Below are positions 24,014 to 34,906 of a stretch of 41,661 nt of DNA, one piece after another. Source of the stretch: Nemertoderma westbladi (Eukaryota; Animalia; Xenacoelomorpha); NCBI GenBank assembly GCA_032718475.1, contig JAUCBJ010006555.1, positions 1 to 41,661 of the forward strand, read 5' to 3'. Below the pieces are notes generated by a model. It did no database searches. It was given only the letters and a program-made list of their open reading frames with translations, and was not told the origin of the DNA. The translations under genes were made by a program, and so were the position numbers. Positions within the stretch are counted from its first letter, which is position 1, and the number at the start of each line of letters is the position of its first letter.

Positions 24014-25843
24014 GGGTGCATGTAAAGAGCGGACTGCGGACTGGCGGACTACGGACTGGGGATTGCCAAAATCCGCGCGGTCAATTTGAATTATCGACTT
24101 CCAAACTAAGAATCCGCTCTTTGTTGCCTGGACAAATGGCGGACTGAAGCCGGTAAATTGTAACCCGATTGGCTCAATCATTTACATAGGCTGAAGCTGA
24201 AAGGGAACTTAAAGAATGAATCATCCCATTGGCTTTTAACCCTTTCCGGTCGACTGTATATTTTTGTATACACTGAATTTATTTCACTACGGATTGCATA
24301 ATTTTAACTAATTATAGTTGGTTTCATCCAATTGTGGCACTATCACACTTCCTTTACTTATAAATGACCGATTCTGATTGGATAATTGTAGTAGAAGGCT
24401 TCAATTAACGATTTTAGATGCCGTGTTTTCAGGTATTGACATGATGACTACCTGGTATAGGAAAGATGGTTACTTAAACGCTTTGGCAAAGCGATATTGA
24501 GAATTTTGATTGGGTATTCCAAAGATGGATTGTCCAATGCGATAATAATATTTCCAGGATAAACTTTACAGTACATGTAGGCTGGTAGTGTTTTTGATAA
24601 ACCACTGTATACATTTGTCTACATTAGGTTTGTAAAGTTGGGGAGTAGAAGTGGTGCAGCCATAGTTGTGGAGTATATGTGGTGCAGCACCGTTGGGGAG
24701 GAGATGTGATTCAGCCACCGTTTGGGTGATGTGGTGCATCCACCATTGGGGTGTAGGCCTAGATGTGGTGCAGCCACAATAGGGGAGTCGATGTTGACCA
24801 TTGGGGTGTGGATGTGGCGCAGCCACCATGGGGAGTAGATGTTGACCATAGGGTAGTAGAGGTGATGCAGCCACCATTGTGGATAGATGTGGTGCAGTCA
24901 CCATTATTGGAGTGTAGATGTGGAACAGCCTCCATTGTTGAGTAGATGTGGCGTAGCCACCATAGGGGAGTAGATGTTGACCATTGAGCCTTCTACGTTT
25001 CTGTCAATTCGCCCCCTTGCGGCAGAGAGATGAACTACAGAAGACTGTCTTTCTATATAATTTCTAAAATGTCCACCACTATGCTAAGGCTCACCTGGAA
25101 TTACGTTGCTCGCCCCACAGTTAATCGTATGTCAGATATGTAGGATATCACAGCCCACACTAAAAAACATTAAAAAAAACACTAGCCGATCAGGTGTTCG
25201 TGGTTTTCATCTTAAGGCTGTCATAAAAATTTGGACAGAATTAAATGCCAGTAATTAGATGCGTCCTATTGGATGCTATTTATAGATCCACACCCCTTTA
25301 CACCCCTTTTCTTTCCCCCTCTTCCCGCTTTTCTTACGCTATCTTACCCCCAGCACAGAGAAGATCTTCCCCCAGCTCCTGCGCTTAGGATGTCCGAATA
25401 TTCGCTCTTTTATATTGGTGAACACACAACCAGACAACTGTGACTTAAACTCTAAAGGCAGGAAGTATATAAAAATATTTATTGAAATAAATAATCTGAA
25501 AATCCGTAGAATGTTGATTATATAGTAGGCCTTTAATCAACAGTCCACGTAATTACTGTATAGGATAATTATTTCCTGTATTACAGTGTTGCACAATGGT
25601 AAACATTTAAAAGCCAATGGGATGATTATTCATTCTTTAAGTTCCCTTTCCAGCTTTCAGCTTCAGCCTATGTAAATGATTGAGCCAATCAGGTTACAAT
25701 TTACCGGCTTCAGTCCGCCATTTGTCCAGACAACAAAGAGCGGATTCTTAGTTTGGAAGTCGATAATTCAAATTGACCGCGCGGATTTTGGCAATCCCCA
25801 GTCCGTAGTCCGCCAGTCCGCAGTCCGCTCTTTACATGCACCC
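24014..25843. mobile_element. Non-autonomous Mutator-like (MULE) element
   Basis: ~230-bp near-identical TIRs starting GGGTGCATGTAAAGAGCGG (24014-~24240, ~25607-25843) and a perfect 9-bp TSD CAACCTACC (24005-24013, 25844-25852). No transposase. Confidence 0.9.
24640..24985. repeat. Degenerate ~27-bp minisatellite inside the MULE
   Basis: Recurrent AGATGTGGTGCAGCCACCATTGGGGAGT-like units. Confidence 0.85.
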
Positions 25844-27450
25844 CAACCTACCAGCATACCGGTCGAGCTAGAGACAAACTCGTAGACCGGTCTGCCGGTG
25901 GAGACATACTAGCATAGTTCTGTACCGATAGTTCAGTAGTTACCAGACTACTGAACTATCGGTACAAATATAAGAAGTAATACTGTAATAGGGTTGGTGC
26001 GCGAAAAATTTATTGGGCTAGAAGTATTCCATGGCAAGAAACTATTGAATAAGGGCTGAAGGGGTAAGAAAAGTATTGAAATTGAAAAGTTTTACATGTA
26101 CGCCGAACTCGTTCGGCTGTTCGGCGCAGCATTACCCTGTTACCGGTACAACTTGCGCCGGGAGCTGGCGTAGAAATGTGCTACGCCCCTACGCCAGGCA
26201 AGGTACTGACAGGACTGTGTAGCATCGTCAATGATAGAGATGCTGCGCTTGACGCGATTTTTGAATTGGCAGCGTTCTGGTGTTGGCGTAGCTTTGCACC
26301 AAGCGCAGGCTTATTTGCACTTGGTGACTTGGCACCGTGTTTGGCACAGGAAATAAAACTTTCCCATAGGCTGATAGGGGGTAAGGTGCCCTGAATAGAG
26401 TAGCTTTTTAGTAATTTATTGTTTTTTTTTTGTAAAAACACGAGGAAACGGTCGAAATGGCGGGTTTAATTAAGTGCCGGAGGAACCCGGCAGTCAATTT
26501 TTTAAATCGGCTGTAATTGGCTGATACAGATTTGACGTCACTACAGAGTGATCTAATAATGTTTTATGTTGGTTTCTATGAATGGTGATTTTCAATCCAT
26601 TCAAATACACATTTAATCTCAATCATTTCACACGTGGCTTATCAATTGAAAGCGGAGAGTCTTGCGCATCTTTTGACACTATCTGATATAATTAATTGAA
26701 TTCTGTGGGGAAGTACATACGTTTTATCCTCTAACACTGAACAAATTGCGAGATATAATCTGATAATAATAATGTGTAATGGGGATCACTGACCCAGCCG
26801 AAATTAAACAAATAGTAGAGCTGATTTACCAGTTACTGAGTTAATGAAAACCAGATATAAGTGATAATCAAAAATCGATAATTTATCATATACAGTATAT
26901 CACATTTTTATTTAATTAATTAACTCATTCATATTTTCTAACAATTTACCAATTAACTACAGAACTATGGGCTATCTGGCTATGGGCCTACACTGCCATG
27001 AAAATTATAGCGATCCAGTTTTACCGTATTTTATTTGCATACAAATTTTTATAGTTTCAATTATACCCTGCCAACTAACTATCTAACAAGAATAAAAGAC
27101 AGAGCGTTTCAATTTTTAACACCCGTCAGACCGTTAAAAAAGAAATTATCATTTTCGATTTTTACATTATTACTGTATTAGGCCCTACACTGCTGACAAC
27201 CACTTTACTGCTTTACTTTACAGTACAGTCAGACAGTAGTCCTGCAGTTAATTAAAATCATGCTACAGTATCATGAAGGTAGAACTAATTAGTCGTAGTC
27301 AGATATAATAAAGCATAGGCCTACACTGATACATACATATCTGCATATCATGCATATTATTTACTATAGGCCTACCGGTACCCTAACCTTACTTTTGTAC
27401 TGCCCTACACCATATCCTGCCATAGTAGTAAAATCTGAAAAATTAATGAC

Positions 27451-29817
27451 ATGGATAAAATATACAATTTTATTCAGTGGGGAAGTAATATATTAAATTA
27501 TAATCATAATAAAGCCGCCCCAGCAACAGATGATAGCACTAAAAGTGTGGGGCAACTAACCGGGACCCCGGAACAGAATACAAGTGGGACCAATAAAAGA
27601 ATAAAAGGGAAAAAAAATAGAGAAAGTAAAAGAAAATGCGTAAATATTCTGGGAGCAAAAACTCCGTCTCAGTCGCAGTTCCGAAGAAAGAAACGAAAAC
27701 TAGTAGGAAGAGGATTTGATGTAGCTGGACCCAGTAGTGCAAGCGCGTCTGTTGTTGGTCCTTGTAGTCCATTGGCTGTAGGGGACAGTAGTTCATCGTT
27801 TAATAAAGGTGGCAGTGCTAGACCTCGTGCGTTTGTTCCTGTGAGTATAAAACGCGAAATCGAGCCCCTCGAACAAGCAGTTACTCGTGATAACATTCAC
27901 CCAGTCGTTAATATCACAGAAGGCAATCGATTTAAGGTTGTGCGTTTTGTCTCAGGTTCGTTAAAGTCAGTAAATTCCGCGGTTCTTCTTTGTCCTCCAG
28001 CAATTAAGCTTAAGATGGACAGTCGTGTCCAGGGTCAACGCATCATGGGATGGATGATAGCGCCGGTAGACCTGGGGAAATTTACGATGGAGTATTGGGA
28101 GAGGTGCCCTGTGTATGTGGACCGAAGTAAATCATCACAATACAACCGCATTTGGTTCAGTTCAACTGAGTTAGATTTAATTCTCCGTAAAAAGGAAGTT
28201 GAATTTTCAGTAAATCTCGAGGTTACTACATTCTCCAATGGTGTCCAGCAGACCCACAACCCAGGTGGTAGGGCTCATGCTTTTGTTGTGTGGGACTACT
28301 TTACTAATGGCTGTTCCATCCGGCTACTAAACCCTGAGACATACTCAACCTCAGTATGGCAACTACTTTCACAACTTGAAGAGTTTACCGGCTGCCCAGT
28401 TTTCTCGAACGTCATCTTCACTCCAGCTGGGACTCAAGGATTCGCGCCCCGGTACGACAACTACGATTCCTTCGTACTGCAACTGGAGGGCAGCCAACGC
28501 TGGTTTCTCTACCGCCCACGTAACACGAGAGAACAACTGGCTCGATTCTCGAACTCCAACATCGATCCCGCGCATTTAGGGACTCCCGACTTCGATGTGA
28601 TTCTCCGACCAGGGGATCTGCTCTACTTCCCGCGGGGCACCATCCATCAGGCCTCCAAGCGCCCTGGCAGAGACCCACTAGACAGTCTCCATATAACCGT
28701 CTTCATTTATCAGAAACGCAGTTGGGCTGACTACCTAGAGAAACTATTTCCTGCCGCTTTGAAACGCGCCATTAATGCGGATATTGAGTTTAAAAGGGGC
28801 CTTCCCTTCGACTTCCTTGAATACAGCGGCAGGGCATTTAGGAATGATTCCAGAATACCGGAATTAGCCTATCGGAGGGACGAATTTGCGCAACGCGTTG
28901 GAGCTTTAATGGCTCGTTTGTCATATCACCTTCCATTGGATGATGTTTCCGACGCGATGGCAGTGGATTTCCTTCGCGAATCTCTGCCACCGGTACTAAC
29001 CGAATCGGAGAAACCCGATAATATATTCGGCCCGGTAGCTCGAGGAGTCGCGAGGGCCACACAACAGCCAATCGGTGTGTCTTCCGAGGTTAAACTGACC
29101 CGCCGCGGGTGTCTACGGTTAGTTGGGGACGATACTGGCCGATTATTCGTACACTATTCCGTAGAACACTCAAGAGATTATCGGGCACGGGTGCCGAAAC
29201 TGTTTGAAATTCCCGCGCATTTTGAACCTGGTGTGGTCCACCTCATCCAATCATATCCCTTGTATGTGGCGGTATCCTCTCTCCCATTGGATGGGGAATC
29301 CAGTTGCGATCTTTGCACGCGACTCTATAAAAAGGGTCTATTGATGATACCCAAAAACGTATTTTCGAAAGGCAAACTGCGAAGGGCTAGGAAAGAACAA
29401 CGGCTGGAAGAAATGAAGAGACGCGGCTGGAGGGACTTACATGGGTACAAAGATTGTCCTGGTTGGCGGTTCCATTACTTTAATAGGATACCGATACTGA
29501 AGAATACTTCTCGATCTCAAATGCAAAGGGATGGTAAAGTTGTGTCACAGGTGGCTGGGGCACAGGTGGCAGGGGCAGCGTTGGTTGGGGCAGAAGTGGT
29601 TGGAGCACAGGAGGCTGGGATGAAGAAGGCAGTCAAGAACACCAAGAAGTATTACTCTCCCCGGAAGATAAGTCGTTTGAAGATCCAAGGAACTCGATCT
29701 ACGCGTGCGGCTACTGTTCCGGCGACGGTTTGTGGATCGAAGGTCCAAATCGGGCAGAAGGGCGCAAAGTCTCATATGGGACATTCTCAATTGGTAACTG
29801 TGAATCCTATAGGATGA
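27451..29817 (+). CDS. RIOX1: RIOX1/NO66-like JmjC (cupin) ribosomal oxygenase homolog, intronless, 788 aa, predicted catalytically impaired
   Basis: Motifs THNPGGRA, GCSIRLLNP, TPAGTQGFAP, FVLQLEG, LRPGDLLYFPRGTIHQA, SLHIT, SLPPVLT, LYKKGLL follow NO66 colinearly. Uninterrupted 2.4-kb ORF; AATAAA at 30033-30038. Orthology versus paralogy is unresolved. Confidence 0.9.
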   Translation: MDKIYNFIQWGSNILNYNHNKAAPATDDSTKSVGQLTGTPEQNTSGTNKRIKGKKNRESKRKCVNILGAKTPSQSQFRRKKRKLVGRGFDVAGPSSASASVVGPCSPLAVGDSSSSFNKGGSARPRAFVPVSIKREIEPLEQAVTRDNIHPVVNITEGNRFKVVRFVSGSLKSVNSAVLLCPPAIKLKMDSRVQGQRIMGWMIAPVDLGKFTMEYWERCPVYVDRSKSSQYNRIWFSSTELDLILRKKEVEFSVNLEVTTFSNGVQQTHNPGGRAHAFVVWDYFTNGCSIRLLNPETYSTSVWQLLSQLEEFTGCPVFSNVIFTPAGTQGFAPRYDNYDSFVLQLEGSQRWFLYRPRNTREQLARFSNSNIDPAHLGTPDFDVILRPGDLLYFPRGTIHQASKRPGRDPLDSLHITVFIYQKRSWADYLEKLFPAALKRAINADIEFKRGLPFDFLEYSGRAFRNDSRIPELAYRRDEFAQRVGALMARLSYHLPLDDVSDAMAVDFLRESLPPVLTESEKPDNIFGPVARGVARATQQPIGVSSEVKLTRRGCLRLVGDDTGRLFVHYSVEHSRDYRARVPKLFEIPAHFEPGVVHLIQSYPLYVAVSSLPLDGESSCDLCTRLYKKGLLMIPKNVFSKGKLRRARKEQRLEEMKRRGWRDLHGYKDCPGWRFHYFNRIPILKNTSRSQMQRDGKVVSQVAGAQVAGAALVGAEVVGAQEAGMKKAVKNTKKYYSPRKISRLKIQGTRSTRAATVPATVCGSKVQIGQKGAKSHMGHSQLVTVNPIG

Positions 29818-30654
29818 CCTATGAATGGGGACGATACTAATCCAATATGGGGGGGGGGGGGGGGGGGCAATTGGAAGTGCTATAAACCCGCTTGGATGCC
29901 ATATGAATCCTATATGGATTGCTTAAAACCGCATTGTTCTAGATTGAGGTGATTCTACTTCCTCACATGTCACCTTCAATGGCGACTGGTTAGTAGTTAC
30001 TGCCATATTGTTTGTTATTTGTTTATAATAATAATAAATTAATTAATTAAGGGGGGATGGGTATACTGGGTTTGAAGTCAACATTTTAAAATGTGAACTA
30101 CTCAAAAAGGTAATAATATTATACTCTTAAAGTGTAATAAATAGAGTGTAAATAAAGTGTAATATACATTGTGGGCTAACTATGTAATGCCAATGTGAAG
30201 AATACCAGGTTTTCACTTTTTGGTCGAATCTAACTTATAACTCGATACTAATTAGTTTATTGTTTTGGTTAGATTCAGGGATTCAGCAATTCTGTAACCT
30301 AGTTCTTCATGTGGGGGAAAACCGCAAAGTGAAATATAACAGCAATAAATCCGGTAAACTTCGAAACCTGTTTTCATTTCTAATGTTAATTTTCATGTTT
30401 GATGGCATTCCAATTAGTTACTGAAAACTGAATGAAACTTAAATCTAACTGAAATTGAGATTATTTTTACATTTGTTTGCAATATTTAATAGGCCTACAC
30501 ACACATATTGAGAAAAAATAAAGAGAAAAGTATTTCAAGATTCAACACTAATAACATCACCTCAGCAGTTCTTCAACAAAATTATTCCACCTACAACTGT
30601 ACCAGAGTAGCAAAAAAAAATACCTAACGTAATGTGTATACAAGAATAAACACG

Positions 30655-31200
30655 TTCGTTGGGCCTTCGCGCAGCACGAGGCTCAGTTGTGAGATACAAA
30701 TTAAAATTGAGCGATTATATCATAAAACATCTGTATAAGAAATTAACCCAAACAGCAAATAAATCATAGAGGGGAAAGTTGCTCGTTTTCAGCCCCTTCT
30801 TAATCTGCACCCCAACCTAAAGGCGCACAGAGGATTGATGACAGGCAGGTATTTACAGAAAATTTGCGTTTTAAAAATAATGTATGCATTATATATTATA
30901 ATATAATATACATTATATGTATTCATTCGACATACAATCATATATTAATCCGCTAGGTGGTGTCAAATTGTTATTCTGCAATTTCGTACTTACCAGTGCA
31001 CAGTACAGCATTACCGTATCGGTAGGCCTAGGTTATTACTTCGGAGTCTCTAGCGGATCCCCAATTAAGATAGTCTTCATGATTCTCTACAAGCAACCAA
31101 AATTTCAGCTCAGGAAAATGAGGCGTTCCCGAGAAATCTAACATTTTCTAAAAACCATATTTTTAATCTGTCGTAGCTGACGTCGCAGACTGCATAAATT
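30655..31200. mobile_element. Diverged relic of the HINE-like family
   Basis: GGGCCTTCGCGCAGC (30661) matches the left end of 5338-6766. CTCTAGCGG...CCAAAATTTCAGCT (31048-31110) resembles the array subunit. Confidence 0.5.
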
Positions 31201-32139
31201 TAAATTTAATTGCAATGTTCAGCACTAATCCCAGCTGTCTGCTATATTTTGATGGACAGTAGGACAGACATCCATACAGACACGATGCCAGCAAATGTGA
31301 AAACTGATATTTGAAATGAACTGACCGACAAGGAAAATCCTCGTAGGAAATTTTTTATCTAGTGTTTTGAAGGAATCAAATTTGTAAAAAGTGGAATTAC
31401 TATGGAACCCAGTACCCCGCCTCCCCCTTACTATTGTTCCATAAGGAATTATATTATGATGCAGTAAAACTAGGAGAACGGACATAAACTATTGTTATTT
31501 TGCTTCAAGTTCATTCGCTTAAATTCGGCTTAAAAAGCCTATTCACAATTATTTTACAATGCCTTGATAAGAACATTTAACTATAGGGCTATGTTTATAA
31601 GGAATTAATTTACATTGTGTAATATATTTATTTCCTTATCGATTTATTGTGAATGGGCCATAAGATATCAGTCAGGCCTACCTCAGCAATTCATTATTAC
31701 TGAAGATAATTCACTATTACTTAGATATAATTCCAATTCAGTATTACTGAAACAATTCAATATTATTGAAATTCAGTATTATTGAAATATAATTCAACAT
31801 TTACTGAATATATTCAATGATTAATGAAAGATAATTTGTTATTAATGAATCTAAATTAATGATATTAAAAATTCAACACTCGTTGATGAGAAGTAATAGG
31901 CGTACAATCTCAATCTGCCTCGAACTATTGTATACTGTAGTTACACAGTCATATTAATAATATACATACATGTCATTCAGTATATAGGCCTATTACGAAA
32001 AGATATTCTGTGAATAATGAATGATAATTAATTATTAATGTGACTAAATTAATTAAATTAAATATCCGACACTCATATCGACATCGACATACGTATGGGA
32101 AGTACAGTATACTCTATACCCTGAAAATGGACTGCAAAT

Positions 32140-32690
32140 TCAATCTGCGGCGAATACTCTAGATGTGAACCTCAGCAATCTGAAAATATATCCTCGCAGC
32201 CCCTGCAACGGCGCAAATGTAAAAACGGTGTCAAATGGAAAGTCAAAAAGAAAATACACAATACAAAAAATATATTTTATATCGAAAAATAAACGCCGAA
32301 CTTCTAAAGATTCCAATTTGATCAAAGATGGTCTGTTGAGATAGGCCTAACTTGCTTTATTCAGTGAGCACCTGGTAAAAGGTCGACGCGTAAAATATCG
32401 TTGCACCTGCTCTACAGTATCGATTAGTTTATGTGCAAATGGTGACACCATAATGGGGAGGGTCAATACTCAAGAAGAGACATGGCAGAATATGTAAGCA
32501 GAGAGCAGACAATATGTAAGCAGAGAGCAGACAATATGTAAGCAGAGAGCAGTCAATATTTGATGTAAAAACAACGGAAAATCATATTTACAATTTTCAT
32601 TGCCTTTTTAACCTGAGTACGAATGTACTTATCAAATTTCAAATCATTGCACAAAATGATTCCCAAATCTTTACAATCAATTTCCCATAG
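32140..32690 (-). pseudogene. CR1-group LINE ORF2 C-terminal relic
   Basis: Minus-strand peptides DLGIILCNDLKFDKYI...AMKIVNMIFRCF, IDTVEQVQRYFTRR and LESLEVRRLFFD...LRGY. Interrupted by frameshifts and a 22-bp x3 tandem at 32489-32557. Confidence 0.85.
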
Positions 32691-32940
32691 TGTCATAACT
32701 CAATCCTTAAATTAACTTAGATTGAATAATTATTCATTTGTATTTGCAAAAACAGTCTATCTCTATGATCTACAATACAATAATGACTCTAAACTTGCCT
32801 TATAGCCTACAATTATGCTTTTACTAGTTACCTAGTTTTACTACAGTAGTTTCCTAAAATTTAATGGTCTATCCAACATCACACACGCCATTTATATAGC
32901 TACAGTATGTTAGTTTTCGTGCCATGGTAACTTTCTGACA

Positions 32941-33830
32941 CCCATCTACAGTATTTTTCGTGCTAAAATTTTCAAAAGTTTTTATGACAAACTAAAATAA
33001 ATTTATTTGCGGTATATCGCGTTTTTTGGATGTTGATGACGATTGTAGAACTCAAATATAGCATTCGAGAAAATTTTTTATAATTTTGAATGTAGCACGA
33101 TGTAGCACATGAGCTGGGGCACGAAAAAACAAGTAATGATGATGAGTACTGTAATGACATGATAATGAAAAATCAGCATGAAATCGAGCCAATTTTTTGA
33201 CCTTTATTGAAATTTTTGATTTTTTTTGGAGTGCTGATCACGAATATGATACTGAAATATATCGTACCTTGTTGATTATGGCTTCTTAGAAATGTGTTAA
33301 TGTGCGGCACGAAAAATATAAATGTAGACAATTTCTTAATAAAAAATCATTACTAAATCAACCTAATTTCATGACATTAGGGGTTTTCTGAGAAGCTGGT
33401 CACGAATATGAGACTCATAAATATCCTATTATCCAACCAAATTCAAATTTTGGCATTTGTAAGTTTTATGCTACAGTTGCATTTTTGGTCCCACCAGAGA
33501 AGCACTAAAAACGAAAGTTTCATTACCACAGAACATATTTATCTAGTAGTTGTACAGTATCATGGTCAGTATTTATACTGTACTGTATGATCAGTTCTAA
33601 CAATATTTTATATTAGCCGTGGCTCAAAACCCTTACTCGTCATAAATATTTATAAAGGCAAAATTTAACCGTATGAAATCTTTGCTACTTCTACTTTTCA
33701 TCCTGGGGTATCAGAACGGCCCCAAAAATGACGTTTGACGTACGAGAAATATTATTAACAAGTTTCATCGTGATCAGCGACCTCGAAAACCCATATACCT
33801 TCGGAATTATCAAACCAAACACAACATATT
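32941..33830. mobile_element. Second, inverted and diverged copy of the 20790-21710 repeat
   Basis: Colinear reverse-complement similarity to 20790-21710. Confidence 0.7.
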
Positions 33831-34329
33831 TTTGTGTTCTAGCCAATTACGTATTAAAAAAAGCTGGGCCAGATAGGGTTTATATCTGAGATAGACTGTT
33901 TTGACATGTAAGTATGTCAAGAACTTAGGTAAAACAACAAATTTATACATGCCAAAACAGATTATATCTGAGATAGACGGTTTTGGCATACAAATCTCTA
34001 TGAAAACATAAAAGCAAATACGCTCTATTTCACATTACACTATGTACTGTAGATCGAAGTTTCAGTTAAAAAATATGCTGTTCAAAGAATTCTATGACTA
34101 TAACTTACCTAATGACATCATTTCACAGGATTTCCACCAATCAGGATTCAAATTGCGTTTTTCGCAAAACTATGTAAAAATGAGATAGACGGTTTTGGCA
34201 TTTAAGGGCAGAATAGTCTCCTTGCTAAGTCTTACTTTTCAATGAATGTGTATCTGCTTACGTAGGTGTATCCCGGACCCGGATTATGTCAGTGGCTCAG
34301 TGTAGCTTCCATTATATTGAGATGTGATA

Positions 34330-34623
34330 TTAGTGATATTGAGATCACACAGTCAAGAGTAGAAGGGCGGTATAGAGCAGCGAGTGGAACAGAAGCTCGC
34401 GGGACCGATAAATATTATACTCCTTTCTCTGTGTTATGGTGAATCTACACCGGCCCAGGACAAGGTTCCTGCGTTTTGCTCCAATGACCCATCACCAGAC
34501 ATTATGACTTTTTGTTGGGCACAGCTTTTGCAAAGTCGACTAAGACGTCCAGGTGCCATGTGGGATTGAACTGGTGACCTCCGGGTTGGAAGTCTGACGC
34601 TCTAACCATTCAGCTACCGGCTC
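34330..34623 (-). mobile_element. tRNA-derived SINE (head 34623-34552; 3' boundary approximate)
   Basis: Minus strand GAGCCGGTAGCTGAATGGTTAGAGCG...CAGTTCAATCCCAC has Pol III A and B boxes, but its acceptor and anticodon stems pair poorly. Confidence 0.7.
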
Positions 34624-34906
34624 AGGTAAAAGATAGGCAGGCCCCTAGACCTGGAAACACTATCTGATACCTTGTATGTACGCAATTTACCACCTCATGG
34701 CCTCCCATCTGTCAATACCATAATATGCCACTGTGCTCAACCCTACAGTGTACTTGGCTGTGGGTGTCGGATTTCAAATGAAATATATCTAACTTACTCT
34801 ACTGTACTTACCGGTAAAATAATAATTTTAATTTCATATCCATACATATGGAGTAATTGAAGCGGTCTATAAATAAAATAAATGAATTATTATAATTACT
34901 AATTAT

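Noticed and set aside
23969-25885. Pair of near-identical ~70-aa ORFs (MIEPI...)
   Set aside because: They are the two MULE TIRs read outward and resemble no protein I recognise.
25989-26730. Possible gene or TIR elements in a GC-richer patch
   Set aside because: Short ORFs lack recognisable motifs and no paired TIRs or TSD could be established; probably repeat debris.
27539-29790. Antisense ORFs overlapping the NO66-like gene (and similar ones over pol and PLD6)
   Set aside because: Shadow ORFs of real coding sequence without independent motifs.
29849-29867. Poly-G run (also poly-C at ~4577 and ~5656) as a functional G-quadruplex
   Set aside because: Homopolymers only; length is unreliable in assemblies and nothing else supports function.
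34552-34623. Functional tRNA gene
   Set aside because: A and B boxes are present but the acceptor and anticodon stems are broken and no T-run terminator follows; it fits a SINE head.
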